Source of the DNA: Gaiellaceae bacterium | GTDB taxonomy: Bacteria > Actinomycetota > Thermoleophilia > Gaiellales > Gaiellaceae | DNA: 45,440 nucleotides | Direction: 5' to 3' | Assembly (NCBI GenBank): GCA_046714355.1 | Contig: JBKKAR010000191.1 | Span: 1-45,440, forward strand | Part shown: one piece after another, positions 1-8,225 of the stretch | Layout: each line of letters opens with the position of its first letter | How positions within the stretch are numbered: position 1 is the stretch's first letter | Notes under the pieces: generated by a model | Told to the model about the DNA's origin: nothing | The model's database searches: none | The model's input: the letters and a program-made list of their open reading frames with translations, nothing else | Position numbers and translations under genes: made by a program

Positions 1-194
1 GCGACCCCGAAGAGCATGCTCGCCCAGCGGAGTGGACCGAGCCGCCCCTCCTGCGCCAGCGGGCGAGTGAAGACGAGCGTGCGTCCCTGGACGCGATAGT
101 CGGAGCCTGGTTCCTGGCGGACGCCGTTGATGAAGACCTCGAAGTCCTCCGAGACGTCAGCCGGGAGCGCGACCCGCGAGCCCGCTTGAGACAT
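1..194 (-). CDS. hypothetical protein, N-terminal part only (gene runs off window start)
   Basis: ATG at 194-192 opens an uninterrupted minus-strand frame to position 1 (MSQAGSRVALPADVSEDFEVFINGVRQEPGSDYRVQGRTLVFTRPLAQEGRLGPLRWASMLFGV...). Third-position G/C bias matches neighbouring genes. Absent from the ORF track because there is no stop in the window. No family recognised. Confidence 0.45.
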   Translation of the reverse strand, partial: MSQAGSRVALPADVSEDFEVFINGVRQEPGSDYRVQGRTLVFTRPLAQEGRLGPLRWASMLFGV

Positions 195-233
195 GCCGCT
201 CGATGTAGCTCCTTCTGACTTCACCCTCGTAGA

Positions 234-1178
234 ATGCCCGAGCCCGTGGCCCTTGCCGTCCTGCTCGCCGCTACCGGCCTGACCCCCGTCAAGGCTGAAT
301 CGCCGAACGCCGAGCGCATCGAGGACCTGTACTGGTTCGTCGCCTTCTGGTCGGCGATCGTGCTCCTGGCCGTCGCGGTGCCGCTGGCACTCTTCATCGT
401 GCGCTATCGAAGCCGCGGCCGGGACCGGACGATCGAGGGCCCGCAGATCCACGGCTCCACCCGCCTGGAGATCGCGTGGACGCTCGTGCCCGTCGCGATC
501 CTCGTCATCGTCACCGCCTTCACGTTCTACAAGCTCCCGGGGATCACGCTGGAGGACGAGGCGAAGGCCGGGGACCTCAGGATCCGCGTCGAGGGACGCC
601 AGTTCTACTGGCAGTACCGCTACCCCAACGGCGTGATCGCGATCGACAGGCTCCGGGCCCCTCAAGGTCGGCTCGTCGTCCTCGAGATCACGGCGCCCGA
701 GAGCGACGTGAACCACAGCTACTGGGTTCCGGGCGTCGGCGGCAAGTTCGACGCCATCCCCGGCGAGACCACGGAGACGGCGTTCAAGGCCAAGAGGACC
801 GGGACGTTCGGCGGACAGTGCGCCGAGTTCTGCGGGATCCAGCACGCGAAGATGCTGGCTTCCATCCAGGTCGTCCCGGCGGGGGAGTTCGACTCCTGGC
901 TCCGGGAGCAGGCGCAGGCTCAGGAAGCCGGGACGTCGGACCTCGGCGAGGAGAGCTTCGCCGGCGCCTGCTCGAAGTGCCACGGGATGAACGGCGAGGG
1001 TCTGATCGGACCGGCCTTCACGAGCGCGTCCGTGTCGGACGCGGACCTGGTCGCCGAGGTCGTCCGAAACGGACGCCGAAAGATGCCCGCGATCGGCGAG
1101 GGGTGGGAAGACGGGCAGATGAAGGCGCTGACCGACTACCTGGAGGAGCGCTTCTCGGAGGAGAGCAGTGGCCGTTAG
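234..1178 (+). CDS. ctaC: cytochrome c oxidase subunit II with fused C-terminal cytochrome c domain (caa3-type)
   Basis: Two N-terminal TM helices. CuA site HSYWVPGVGGK...CAEFCGIQHAKM. C-terminal heme c motif CSKCHG followed by RKMPAIG. An in-frame GTG at 246 is an alternative start. Confidence 0.9.
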   Translation: MPEPVALAVLLAATGLTPVKAESPNAERIEDLYWFVAFWSAIVLLAVAVPLALFIVRYRSRGRDRTIEGPQIHGSTRLEIAWTLVPVAILVIVTAFTFYKLPGITLEDEAKAGDLRIRVEGRQFYWQYRYPNGVIAIDRLRAPQGRLVVLEITAPESDVNHSYWVPGVGGKFDAIPGETTETAFKAKRTGTFGGQCAEFCGIQHAKMLASIQVVPAGEFDSWLREQAQAQEAGTSDLGEESFAGACSKCHGMNGEGLIGPAFTSASVSDADLVAEVVRNGRRKMPAIGEGWEDGQMKALTDYLEERFSEESSGR

Positions 1179-2799
1179 GGCCGAGACGCCGACCTACCCG
1201 GTCCCCTGGACGCACGGACGCGTCGCGAGTTGGATCGCGACCGTCGACCACAAGCGGATCGGGATCCTCTACATCGCGACGAGCCTGGTCTTCTTCCTGG
1301 CCGGCGGCGTGATGGCCCTCCTGATCCGGACGCAGCTGGCGTCGCCGGACATGGACTTCGTCACCCGCGACTCCTACAACCAGCTCTTCACCATGCACGG
1401 CACGACGATGATCTTCCTCGTCGTCGTCCCGATCTTCGCCGGGTTCGCGAACTTTCTCGTGCCGCTGATGATCGGGGCCGCAGACATGGCGTTCCCGCGG
1501 CTGAACGCCCTCTCGTACTGGCTCTTCCTCTTCGGAGGGATCGTGCTCCTTGGGAGTTTCTTCGCCGACGGCGGCGCCGCGCAGTCAGGTTGGACCGGCT
1601 ACCCGCCCTTCTCAGCCGACGTCGCCGGCAACGGCCAGGACCTGTGGATCGTCGGCCTGCACATCCTCACGCTGTCGTCGCTCTCGGGCGCGATCAACTT
1701 CCTCGCCACGATCCACAACATGCGGACGGCGGGCATGACCTGGATGCGCCTCCCGCTCTTCGTCTGGTCGATCGAGATCTACGCGGCGCTGCTCGTCCTG
1801 GTGCTGCCGGCCCTTTCGGCGGGGCTGACGATGTTGCTGCTCGACCGGGCCGGCCTGACGCATTTCTTCCTGCCGGACGAGGGCGGGGACGCCATCCTCT
1901 ACCAGCACGTCTTCTGGTTCTTCGGCCACCCCGAGGTCTACGTGATGATCCTGCCGGCGATGGGGATCATCTCCGAGGTCATCCCCGTCTTTGCCCGAAA
2001 GCCGATCTTCGGCTACAAGGCGATCGCCTTCTCGACGGTGGCGATCGGCTTCTACTCGTTGCTGGTGTGGGGCCACCACATGTTCACCGTGGGCCTTCCG
2101 ATCGGCGTCCAGGCCTGGTTCATGATCACGTCGCTGATCATCGCCGTCCCGACCGGCGTGAAGATCTTCAACTGGATCGCGACGACCTGGCGCGGCAACC
2201 TGATCTTCGACACCGCGTTGCTCTGGGCTCTCGGCTTCGTCGCCGTCTTCACGATCGGAGGGCTCTCGGGAATCTTCGTCGCCGTCTTCCCGTTCGACTG
2301 GCAGGTCCACGACTCGTACTTCATCGTCGCCCACCTGCACTACGTGCTGTTCGGCGGCTCGATGTTCGGCGTCTTCGCGGCCCTCTACTACTGGTGGCCG
2401 AAGATGTTCGGCCGAACGCTGAGCGAGCGCCTTGGCAAATGGCACTTCTGGCTGACCTTCGTCGGCTTCAACCTCACCTTCTTCCCGCAGCACATGATGG
2501 GACTGCTCGGGATGCCGCGACGCATCTACACGTACGAGGACCGCGACCTACTGGCCGAGTACAACCTCGTCTCCACGATCGGCTCCTACGTCATGGGGCT
2601 CGGGATCCTCGCGTTCGTCGTCAACGTGATCTGGTCGCGGAAACACTCGCCGCGGGCGCCGAACGACCCCTGGCTGGCGGACACGCTCGAGTGGTACACG
2701 ACCTCCCCGCCGCCGCCGCATAACTTCGACAAGGTTCCCTATGTGACTAGCGCGCGGCCGCTACGTGATCTTCGCCGCAGGATCGGGGAGCGCCGGTGA
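1168..2799 (+). CDS. ctaD: cytochrome c oxidase subunit I
   Basis: 543 aa and 12-TM-like. Hallmark stretches: DHKRIGILY, WFFGHPEVY, GHHMFTVG, VAHLHYVLFGG. GTG start overlaps the ctaC end by 11 nt. Confidence 0.95.
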   Translation: MAVRAETPTYPVPWTHGRVASWIATVDHKRIGILYIATSLVFFLAGGVMALLIRTQLASPDMDFVTRDSYNQLFTMHGTTMIFLVVVPIFAGFANFLVPLMIGAADMAFPRLNALSYWLFLFGGIVLLGSFFADGGAAQSGWTGYPPFSADVAGNGQDLWIVGLHILTLSSLSGAINFLATIHNMRTAGMTWMRLPLFVWSIEIYAALLVLVLPALSAGLTMLLLDRAGLTHFFLPDEGGDAILYQHVFWFFGHPEVYVMILPAMGIISEVIPVFARKPIFGYKAIAFSTVAIGFYSLLVWGHHMFTVGLPIGVQAWFMITSLIIAVPTGVKIFNWIATTWRGNLIFDTALLWALGFVAVFTIGGLSGIFVAVFPFDWQVHDSYFIVAHLHYVLFGGSMFGVFAALYYWWPKMFGRTLSERLGKWHFWLTFVGFNLTFFPQHMMGLLGMPRRIYTYEDRDLLAEYNLVSTIGSYVMGLGILAFVVNVIWSRKHSPRAPNDPWLADTLEWYTTSPPPPHNFDKVPYVTSARPLRDLRRRIGERR

Positions 2800-3971
2800 G
2801 GGCGGGGCCCTGGCTGCGGCTGTGCGGGGTCGGAGCGACGGCCGCCGTGGGGCTCGTCGTAGCGAGCGGCGAGGTCGGCATCGCCCATCGCGCGCTCGTC
2901 GGCGTCGCTTTGCCGCTGCTGGCGGCCATGGTGCTCGGCGCCTGGTTCGCGCACCGGTCGCTCTTCCCGGTCACGAGCGCTGCTCTCGTCCTGTTCCTGG
3001 CCGCCGTGGCGAGCTGGTGGTCGCCCAGGCTGCACATCACGATCGCCGGAGCTGCTGCGGCGGCGACAGCCGTTGCGACGGCGCGGCTCTACCGCGGCGA
3101 GCGGCCGACGCGAGTCGCCTGGCGCGACTACGTGACGCTGACGAAGCCGCGGATCATGTCCCTTCTGCTGCTGACGGGCGCCGCCGGCATGTTCGTCGGC
3201 GCCGAGGGCGTGCCGGACCCGCGTCTGTTCACGGCGGCCATGCTCGGGCTCGCCCTCGCCTGCGGCGGCGCGAGCGCGCTCAACCATGTCCTCGACCGGG
3301 ACCTCGACAGGTCGATGAAGCGGACGGCCACTCGGCCGGTCGCCGGCGGCCGGGTCAGCCCGGAACTCGGCCTCGAGTTCGGGCTCGCGCTCTCGGCCCT
3401 CTCCTTCGTCCTCCTGGCCTCGGCCGTCAACGTGCTGACCGCGACCCTCGCGCTCGTCGGGAACCTCTTCTACGTGCTGGTCTACACGCGCTGGCTGAAG
3501 CGCTCGACGCCACAGAACATTGTGATCGGCGGCGCCGCGGGCGCGGTTCCCCCGCTCGTCGGCTTCGCGGCGGCCACGGGGAACCTGACGCTTCCGGCGC
3601 TCTTCCTGTTCCTGATCGTCTTCTTCTGGACGCCACCGCACTTCTGGGCGCTCGCGCTGCTGATCAAGCGCGACTACGAGGCGGCGCGGGTGCCGATGCT
3701 GCCCGTCGTCCGGGGCGACCGCGAGACGGCGCGCCAGGTGCTCCTCTACACGGTCGCGCTCGTCGCGATGACCCTCGTGCCCGTGCTGACGGGAACCTTC
3801 GGCCCGTTGTACCTTGCAGCGGCGGCGCTGCTCGGCGGCTGGTTCCTGCGCCTGGCCGTGAAGCTTCTGCGCTCGACGACGCCGGCCCGCGCCGGCGCGC
3901 TCTTCCACTACTCGCTCGCCTATCTGGCGCTGCTGTTCGTGGCGATGGCGGCCGACCCATTCGTGCTGTGA
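2796..3971 (+). CDS. ctaB: protoheme IX farnesyltransferase (heme O synthase) with ~100-aa N-terminal membrane extension
   Basis: UbiA-type core from about residue 105 (YVTLTKPRIMSLLL, NHVLDRDLDRSMKRTATRP, FFWTPPHFWALA). GTG 2796 overlaps the ctaD stop (GTGA), which supports the long form. Confidence 0.85.
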   Translation: MRAGPWLRLCGVGATAAVGLVVASGEVGIAHRALVGVALPLLAAMVLGAWFAHRSLFPVTSAALVLFLAAVASWWSPRLHITIAGAAAAATAVATARLYRGERPTRVAWRDYVTLTKPRIMSLLLLTGAAGMFVGAEGVPDPRLFTAAMLGLALACGGASALNHVLDRDLDRSMKRTATRPVAGGRVSPELGLEFGLALSALSFVLLASAVNVLTATLALVGNLFYVLVYTRWLKRSTPQNIVIGGAAGAVPPLVGFAAATGNLTLPALFLFLIVFFWTPPHFWALALLIKRDYEAARVPMLPVVRGDRETARQVLLYTVALVAMTLVPVLTGTFGPLYLAAAALLGGWFLRLAVKLLRSTTPARAGALFHYSLAYLALLFVAMAADPFVL

Positions 3972-4159
3972 CGGAGCTGACCGAACCCCTCGACGAGCCG
4001 CGCGCGTCGGAGAACGTGCCGGAACCGGTCCACCCCGTCGACCCCGGACGCGAGCTCGCGCGCAAGAACACGCTCTTCGGTCTCGCGCTCTTCGCGCTCT
4101 TCCTGCTGCTCTTCGCGGGCGTCTGGGTGGTGGCGTTCATCTACCTTGCTCTCGACTAG
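3968..4159 (+). CDS. small single-pass membrane protein, translationally coupled to ctaB
   Basis: GTG at 3968 overlaps the ctaB TGA (GTGA). 63 codons: VTELTEPLDEPRASENVPEPVHPVDPGRELARKNTLFGLALFALFLLLFAGVWVVAFIYLALD. Acidic/Pro-rich head followed by one long hydrophobic helix. Very high GC3. Only visible as the tail of a longer track ORF (2765..4159). Confidence 0.5.
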   Translation: MTELTEPLDEPRASENVPEPVHPVDPGRELARKNTLFGLALFALFLLLFAGVWVVAFIYLALD

Positions 4160-4167
4160 AGCCCAGT

Positions 4168-4185
4168 CCCCCGCCCGGGTGGGGG
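4168..4185 (+). terminator. GC hairpin after the cta cluster (candidate terminator, no U-tract)
   Basis: CCCCCGC-CCGG-GTGGGGG: 7-bp stem (one G-U pair) and 4-nt loop, 9 nt after the small ORF stop. There is no T run downstream, so this is weak. Confidence 0.3.
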
Positions 4186-4229
4186 GAACCCGCTAACCCG
4201 GCGGAACCGTAGCCGGGAGAATCGCGCAC

Positions 4230-5375
4230 GTGGGTGCCGAAAGCGTGCCAGATGATGCACCGGCAACCGGGATCTTCCTCGCGCGGCCGGATCCGCTCCC
4301 CCATGACGGCATCCCGCTCGCGGTCAAGGATCTCTTCGACACCGCGGGCCTGACGACGACCTACGGGTCGATCCTCTTCGCCGACCACGTCCCCGACCGA
4401 AGCGCTGAGGTCGTCGTCGGACTGGAAGCCGCCGGTTACGCGAATGTCGGAAAGACGAACCTGCACGAGTTCGCCTACGGCGTGACCTCGCAGAACGCGC
4501 ACTTCGGGACGGTTCCGAACCCTTTAGCGGCGGACCGGATCGCCGGCGGTTCCAGCGGCGGCTCGGCGGCCGCCCTCGCCGCGGGCCTCGCGGACGCTGC
4601 GCTCGGCACCGATTCCGGCGGCTCGATCCGCATCCCAGCCGCCTGCTGCGGCGTCGTCGGCTTCAAGCCGAGCTACGGGCTCGTCCCCCTCGAAGGCGTC
4701 TTCCCACTGGCGCCGACCTTCGATCACGCCGGGCCGATGGCACGGACGGTCGCCGAGTGCACGGCGATGCTCGAAGCTCTCGCGCCCGGCTTCCACTCGA
4801 CCGAAACGCCGGAGCTCGAGGAGCTCAAGGTCGGCGTCGCCTGGCTGGATCGCTGCGATCCGCTCGTCGGCGACCGCCTGCAGGCCGCCGCGAGGCTCTT
4901 GCCCGGCGCCCGGCCGCTCGGGTTCCCGATGGCCGAAGGGATCAGCCCGCTCTTCATGCGCGAGGTCGCCGACGTCCACCGCGACCTCTTCGCCGAGAAC
5001 GCCGACAGCTACGGCGCCAGCGTGCGAGCCAAGGTCGAGCTCTGCCTGGCAATCACCGAAGCGGAGGCCCGCGAAGCCGCCCGGAGGCGAGAGGACTACC
5101 GCGAGGCGGCCGAGAGAGCATTTGCCAACCTCGATCTCCTCCTCGTCCCAAACCTCGCCTTCGTCGCGCCGCTCATCCCGGACGACGAGCGCGACGTGCG
5201 CGAGAAGATCCTCCAGTTCACGTTTCCGTTCAACGCGCTGGGCTGGCCGGCGCTCGCCCTTCCGGCCGGGCCTGCGGAGAACGGGCTCCCGGCCTCGCTC
5301 CAGCTCATCGGACGGCCCGGCGAGGACGCGCTCGTCCTCGCCGCCGGTGAGGCGCTCGAGGCATCCCTCAAATGA
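4230..5375 (+). CDS. amidase-signature family amidase (short, 381 aa)
   Basis: Ser-cisSer-Lys signature elements: LAVKDLFDTAGLTTTYGS, GGSSGGSAAALAAG, GTDSGGSIRIPAACCG. The N-terminal region before the KD motif is shorter than I expect for this family, from memory. gAGAAT box 7 nt upstream of the GTG. Confidence 0.85.
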   Translation: MGAESVPDDAPATGIFLARPDPLPHDGIPLAVKDLFDTAGLTTTYGSILFADHVPDRSAEVVVGLEAAGYANVGKTNLHEFAYGVTSQNAHFGTVPNPLAADRIAGGSSGGSAAALAAGLADAALGTDSGGSIRIPAACCGVVGFKPSYGLVPLEGVFPLAPTFDHAGPMARTVAECTAMLEALAPGFHSTETPELEELKVGVAWLDRCDPLVGDRLQAAARLLPGARPLGFPMAEGISPLFMREVADVHRDLFAENADSYGASVRAKVELCLAITEAEAREAARRREDYREAAERAFANLDLLLVPNLAFVAPLIPDDERDVREKILQFTFPFNALGWPALALPAGPAENGLPASLQLIGRPGEDALVLAAGEALEASLK

Positions 5376-5417
5376 GGGACTCCCTGACCGCACAGAGCTT
5401 GCCGACAACCCTCTTGG

Positions 5418-7094
5418 ATGCCTGCGGTTCGTCTCGCTGCCCTCTGCCTCGCGATGCTCGCACTCGCGCCTGCAGCCGACGCCGCGGTCGCCGCCCCTTC
5501 GAACCTGAGACCTTTCCTGCTTCGCGCAGACGAGGCGCCCGCCCGCGTGTTCCCGCGCACTCCCTCGTTCGCCTGGCGACCGGTGCGCGCCGCGAAGAAG
5601 TACGAGTTCGAGCTGGCGACGCAGAAGAGCTTCACGGACAGCTCCATCGTCTGGACCGGCCCCGCCAAGATGCCGACCGTCGCGATCCCGATCTCCCTCC
5701 CGTGGATGACCGGAACGCCCTACGCCCTCTGGGCCCGCGTCCGCGCGGTGACCTCCAAGGGCGTGTCCCGTTGGACTGCCCCATACGGTTTCAACACCCG
5801 GTGGACGGCGACACCACAGATCCAGCCGAGCGCCGTCGGCCTCGTGCGCTGGGCCCCGATCGAGGGCGCAACGGGCTACAACGTCTGGTTCCTCGGCCCG
5901 AACAAGGTGATCGCCACACGGACCAACGTGGCCGACGAGCGGGAGTACTGGACCTTCCACCAGGACCCGGCCGAGACCAGCGTCGTCCGCTGGCGCGTGC
6001 GCGCCGTCCGGACCCGCGTCGGGACCTCAGCCAACGGGATCCCGAGCGTCTCCTACGGGCCCTGGAGCTCGGTCTACGCGGAGCTGAACACGCCCCTCTC
6101 CGCCTCGCCGCTCGCAGTCTCGACGATGGCGTCCGACACTTCTTCTGACTCGCCCACCGCGTTCCGCCTCATGCCGTCCCTCAGTTACGGCGGCACGGCC
6201 TCGAACGACGGGGCTGCGCGCGAGCTCTACCGCGTCTACGTCTCCACCGACGTCGACTGCGTCAACATCGTCTACCGCGGTTCGATCGTCGGATCGCCGG
6301 CCTGGGCGCCGCGGTCAACCGGGGCGCTGACACTCCCGGCCAACCAGGAGGAGCTGAACAAGGCCCGCGCCGGGTACATCGTGAGCGACGGCAAGCAGGG
6401 CAAGACCTTCGCCATGGACAATTCGACTGTGCTCGAGAACGAGTCGATCACGATTGGCTCCAGCACCGGAGGCACCGGCGGCACGGGCGGTGGAACCGGC
6501 GGCGGAGGCGGGAGCGACGAGCAGATCGAGAAGGTCGAGTCGGCCGCGCTGGCCCCGCCCAGGATCGACCTCTGGGACAACGGCTGGCCCGACAACCGTT
6601 ATTACTGGACCGTTGTCGGAGTCGGCATGCGGGCCGGGCTCGCCGACGCCAACTCGATCGAGTACGTCGACACCGAGGTGCCGCAGGACGTCTGCGCCGC
6701 CGGCCGCATGTCCACCTTCGGCAAGGTGAGCGAGGCGGCTGTGACCACCTCCGGAGCACCGTACGTCACCGGTCTGAGCCCGAGCGGCAACCTCTTCTCG
6801 GCAACACGTACACGCCCCGTCGTCTACGGAACGCCACTCGTGGCCTGGAAGCCGGCGCTCGGCGCCGATCGGTACGAGGTGCAGTGGAGCAAGAAGGCAT
6901 ACCCGTGGACAAAGGCTGGTTCACTCGAGACGCCTGCGACGTCGGCGATGCTCCCCCTCGGCCGCCCCGGCGTCTGGTACTACCGCGTTCGCGGAATCTC
7001 GCTGGCGCTCCCTGTCGGCGGCCGGCAGATGTCGTGGTCGGACCCAGTCGCCATGCGCGTCGCGGCACCACGTTTCCGCATCGTCCGGCGCTAG
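5418..7094 (+). CDS. secreted protein with three FN3-like repeats and a Gly/Thr linker, function unknown
   Basis: Signal peptide MPAVRLAALCLAMLALAPAADA|AV. Three repeats share a W-x-P-x2-GA-x-(Y)-x-(V/F) start and a W/Y-RVRA/G end: FAWRPVRAAKKYEF...LWARVRAV; VRWAPIEGATGYNVW...VRWRVRAV; VAWKPALGADRYEVQW...WYYRVRGI. Confidence 0.8.
   Translation: MPAVRLAALCLAMLALAPAADAAVAAPSNLRPFLLRADEAPARVFPRTPSFAWRPVRAAKKYEFELATQKSFTDSSIVWTGPAKMPTVAIPISLPWMTGTPYALWARVRAVTSKGVSRWTAPYGFNTRWTATPQIQPSAVGLVRWAPIEGATGYNVWFLGPNKVIATRTNVADEREYWTFHQDPAETSVVRWRVRAVRTRVGTSANGIPSVSYGPWSSVYAELNTPLSASPLAVSTMASDTSSDSPTAFRLMPSLSYGGTASNDGAARELYRVYVSTDVDCVNIVYRGSIVGSPAWAPRSTGALTLPANQEELNKARAGYIVSDGKQGKTFAMDNSTVLENESITIGSSTGGTGGTGGGTGGGGGSDEQIEKVESAALAPPRIDLWDNGWPDNRYYWTVVGVGMRAGLADANSIEYVDTEVPQDVCAAGRMSTFGKVSEAAVTTSGAPYVTGLSPSGNLFSATRTRPVVYGTPLVAWKPALGADRYEVQWSKKAYPWTKAGSLETPATSAMLPLGRPGVWYYRVRGISLALPVGGRQMSWSDPVAMRVAAPRFRIVRR
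6462..6515 (+). repeat. in-frame GGN/ACC low-complexity tract (STGGTGGTGGGTGGGGGS)
   Basis: agc acc gga ggc acc ggc ggc acg ggc ggt gga acc ggc ggc gga ggc ggg agc. An imperfect 9-nt periodicity inside the secreted-protein gene. Confidence 0.7.
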
Positions 7095-7106
7095 GGACTG
7101 CCCTAG
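7091..7106. terminator. short palindrome between convergent genes
   Basis: CTAGGG-actg-CCCTAG, a 6-bp stem that includes the TAG stop of the 5418..7094 gene. Only 15 nt separate the convergent stops. Confidence 0.25.
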
Positions 7107-7109
7107 GGG

Positions 7110-7484
7110 CTAGGCCGGCTCGGATGCAGTCTCGGCGTAGAGCCCGCCGACCGCTTCGCCGAGACGACGTTCGATTCGAAAAATCCGGTCGAGGCCCGTA
7201 ACCTCGAGTGTCCGCAAGACGCGCCGATCGTCGGAGACGATCACAAGATCGCCTCCGCGTGCGCGAAACCGAGGCTGGAATCGCAGCAGCAGCCCAAGGG
7301 CCGTCGAGTCGACGAAACCGACCTCGACGAGGTCGACGGCAACCGACCGACCGCCGAGCCGCAGCACCTCCTGGAGCTCGCGTTCGATCTCCGGTGCGGT
7401 CTGCATGTCCGCCTCCCCCGTGACGGACACGACGAAGGTGTCGGCCCCAAGATGCGCCGTCGTTACATCGAACGCCGGTTCCAT
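7110..7484 (-). CDS. STAS-domain anti-sigma-factor antagonist (SpoIIAA/RsbV-like)
   Basis: 124 aa: FVVSVTGEADMQTAPEIERELQEVL...VAVDLVEVGFVDSTALGLLL...LVIVSDDRRVLRTLEVTGLDRIF. Typical STAS layout with a DST phospho-site position. Confidence 0.85.
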   Translation of the reverse strand: MEPAFDVTTAHLGADTFVVSVTGEADMQTAPEIERELQEVLRLGGRSVAVDLVEVGFVDSTALGLLLRFQPRFRARGGDLVIVSDDRRVLRTLEVTGLDRIFRIERRLGEAVGGLYAETASEPA

Positions 7485-7490
7485 GATCGC

Positions 7491-7496
7491 ACGGTA
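7491..7496 (-). promoter_or_regulatory. -10-like TACCGT, 6 nt upstream of the STAS ATG (leaderless candidate)
   Basis: Minus strand reads TACCGT-gcgatc-ATG. Confidence 0.4.
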
Positions 7497-7541
7497 GCGG
7501 CGTCGCCCTGAGCGTTCAGCCCCTGGCGGGTGTGGATTCGC

Positions 7542-8225
7542 TCACACTGGGACGAGCTTGTAGCCGATGCCTCGCACAGTCAAAACCCGGATGGGATTCG
7601 CCGGGTCGGGCTCGATCTTCTGGCGGAGGTTCGAGATGTGGATGTCGCAGGCGCGCTGGTCGCCGACGTAGCTCGAGTCCCAGAGGTCCTGCATGATCTC
7701 CCGCCGGCTGTACACGCGTTCGGGCTCCTGCGCGAGCAGCAGCAGGAGCTTGAACTCGGACGGCGTCAGCCGCTTCGGGTCGCCGTCGACCTTCACCTCG
7801 TGCCGGATCGGATCGAGCTCGAGCCCGCCGACGCGGATGACGCTCGCCGCACCGGAGCGGTCGAGCTCACGCCGTCTGATGATCGCCCGGATCCGACCGA
7901 GCAGCTCTGCCATCGAGAATGGCTTCGTGACGTAGTCGTCGGCTCCGATCTCGAGGCCGAGGACCCTGTCGAGCTCAGCGCCCTTCGCAGTGAGCATGAT
8001 GACCGGCACGGCGCTCTCCGCACGCAGCCGGCGGCAGACCTCCATGCCAGACATGCCCGGAAGCATGAGGTCGAGGACGACGACATCGTACGTCTCTCCC
8101 AGCGCGGCGCGAAGACCCGCCTCGCCGTCCGCCGCCGCGTCGACGTCGAACCCTTCGGTCCGGAGCGCGTAGACGACTGCGTCCCGAATCGCCGGCTCGT
8201 CGTCGACGATGAGGACGTGGCTCAC
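7542..8225 (-). CDS. OmpR/PhoB-family response regulator
   Basis: Receiver domain (HVLIVDDEP...VVVLDLMLPGMSGMEV...PVIMLTAKG...DDYVTKPF) plus a winged-helix output (LTPSEFKLLLLLA...VLTVRGIGYKL). Confidence 0.95.
   Translation of the reverse strand: MSHVLIVDDEPAIRDAVVYALRTEGFDVDAAADGEAGLRAALGETYDVVVLDLMLPGMSGMEVCRRLRAESAVPVIMLTAKGAELDRVLGLEIGADDYVTKPFSMAELLGRIRAIIRRRELDRSGAASVIRVGGLELDPIRHEVKVDGDPKRLTPSEFKLLLLLAQEPERVYSRREIMQDLWDSSYVGDQRACDIHISNLRQKIEPDPANPIRVLTVRGIGYKLVPV

Noticed and set aside
211-219. GAAGGAG on the minus strand upstream of the partial ORF at 1..194, as a possible ribosome-binding site.
   Set aside because: The 14-nt spacing to the ATG is too long, and no alternative start lies at the proper distance.
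4524-5960. Long antisense ORFs in the track (for example 4524..5960 at 478 aa, 2739..3908, 19418..21340 at 640 aa, 24124..25848 at 574 aa, 30997..33657 at 886 aa).
   Set aside because: They are Arg/Pro/Gly/Asp-rich, low-complexity shadows lying opposite or out of frame to genes with clear family motifs. Stop-poor alternative frames are expected in DNA of this very high G+C content.
7091-7113. A cluster of three CTAG sites (CTAGGGACTGCCCTAGGGGCTAGG), considered as an IS5-type hot spot or an excision scar.
   Set aside because: No repeat remnants are present. Two of the sites are simply the convergent stop codons. I kept it only as a weak hairpin.
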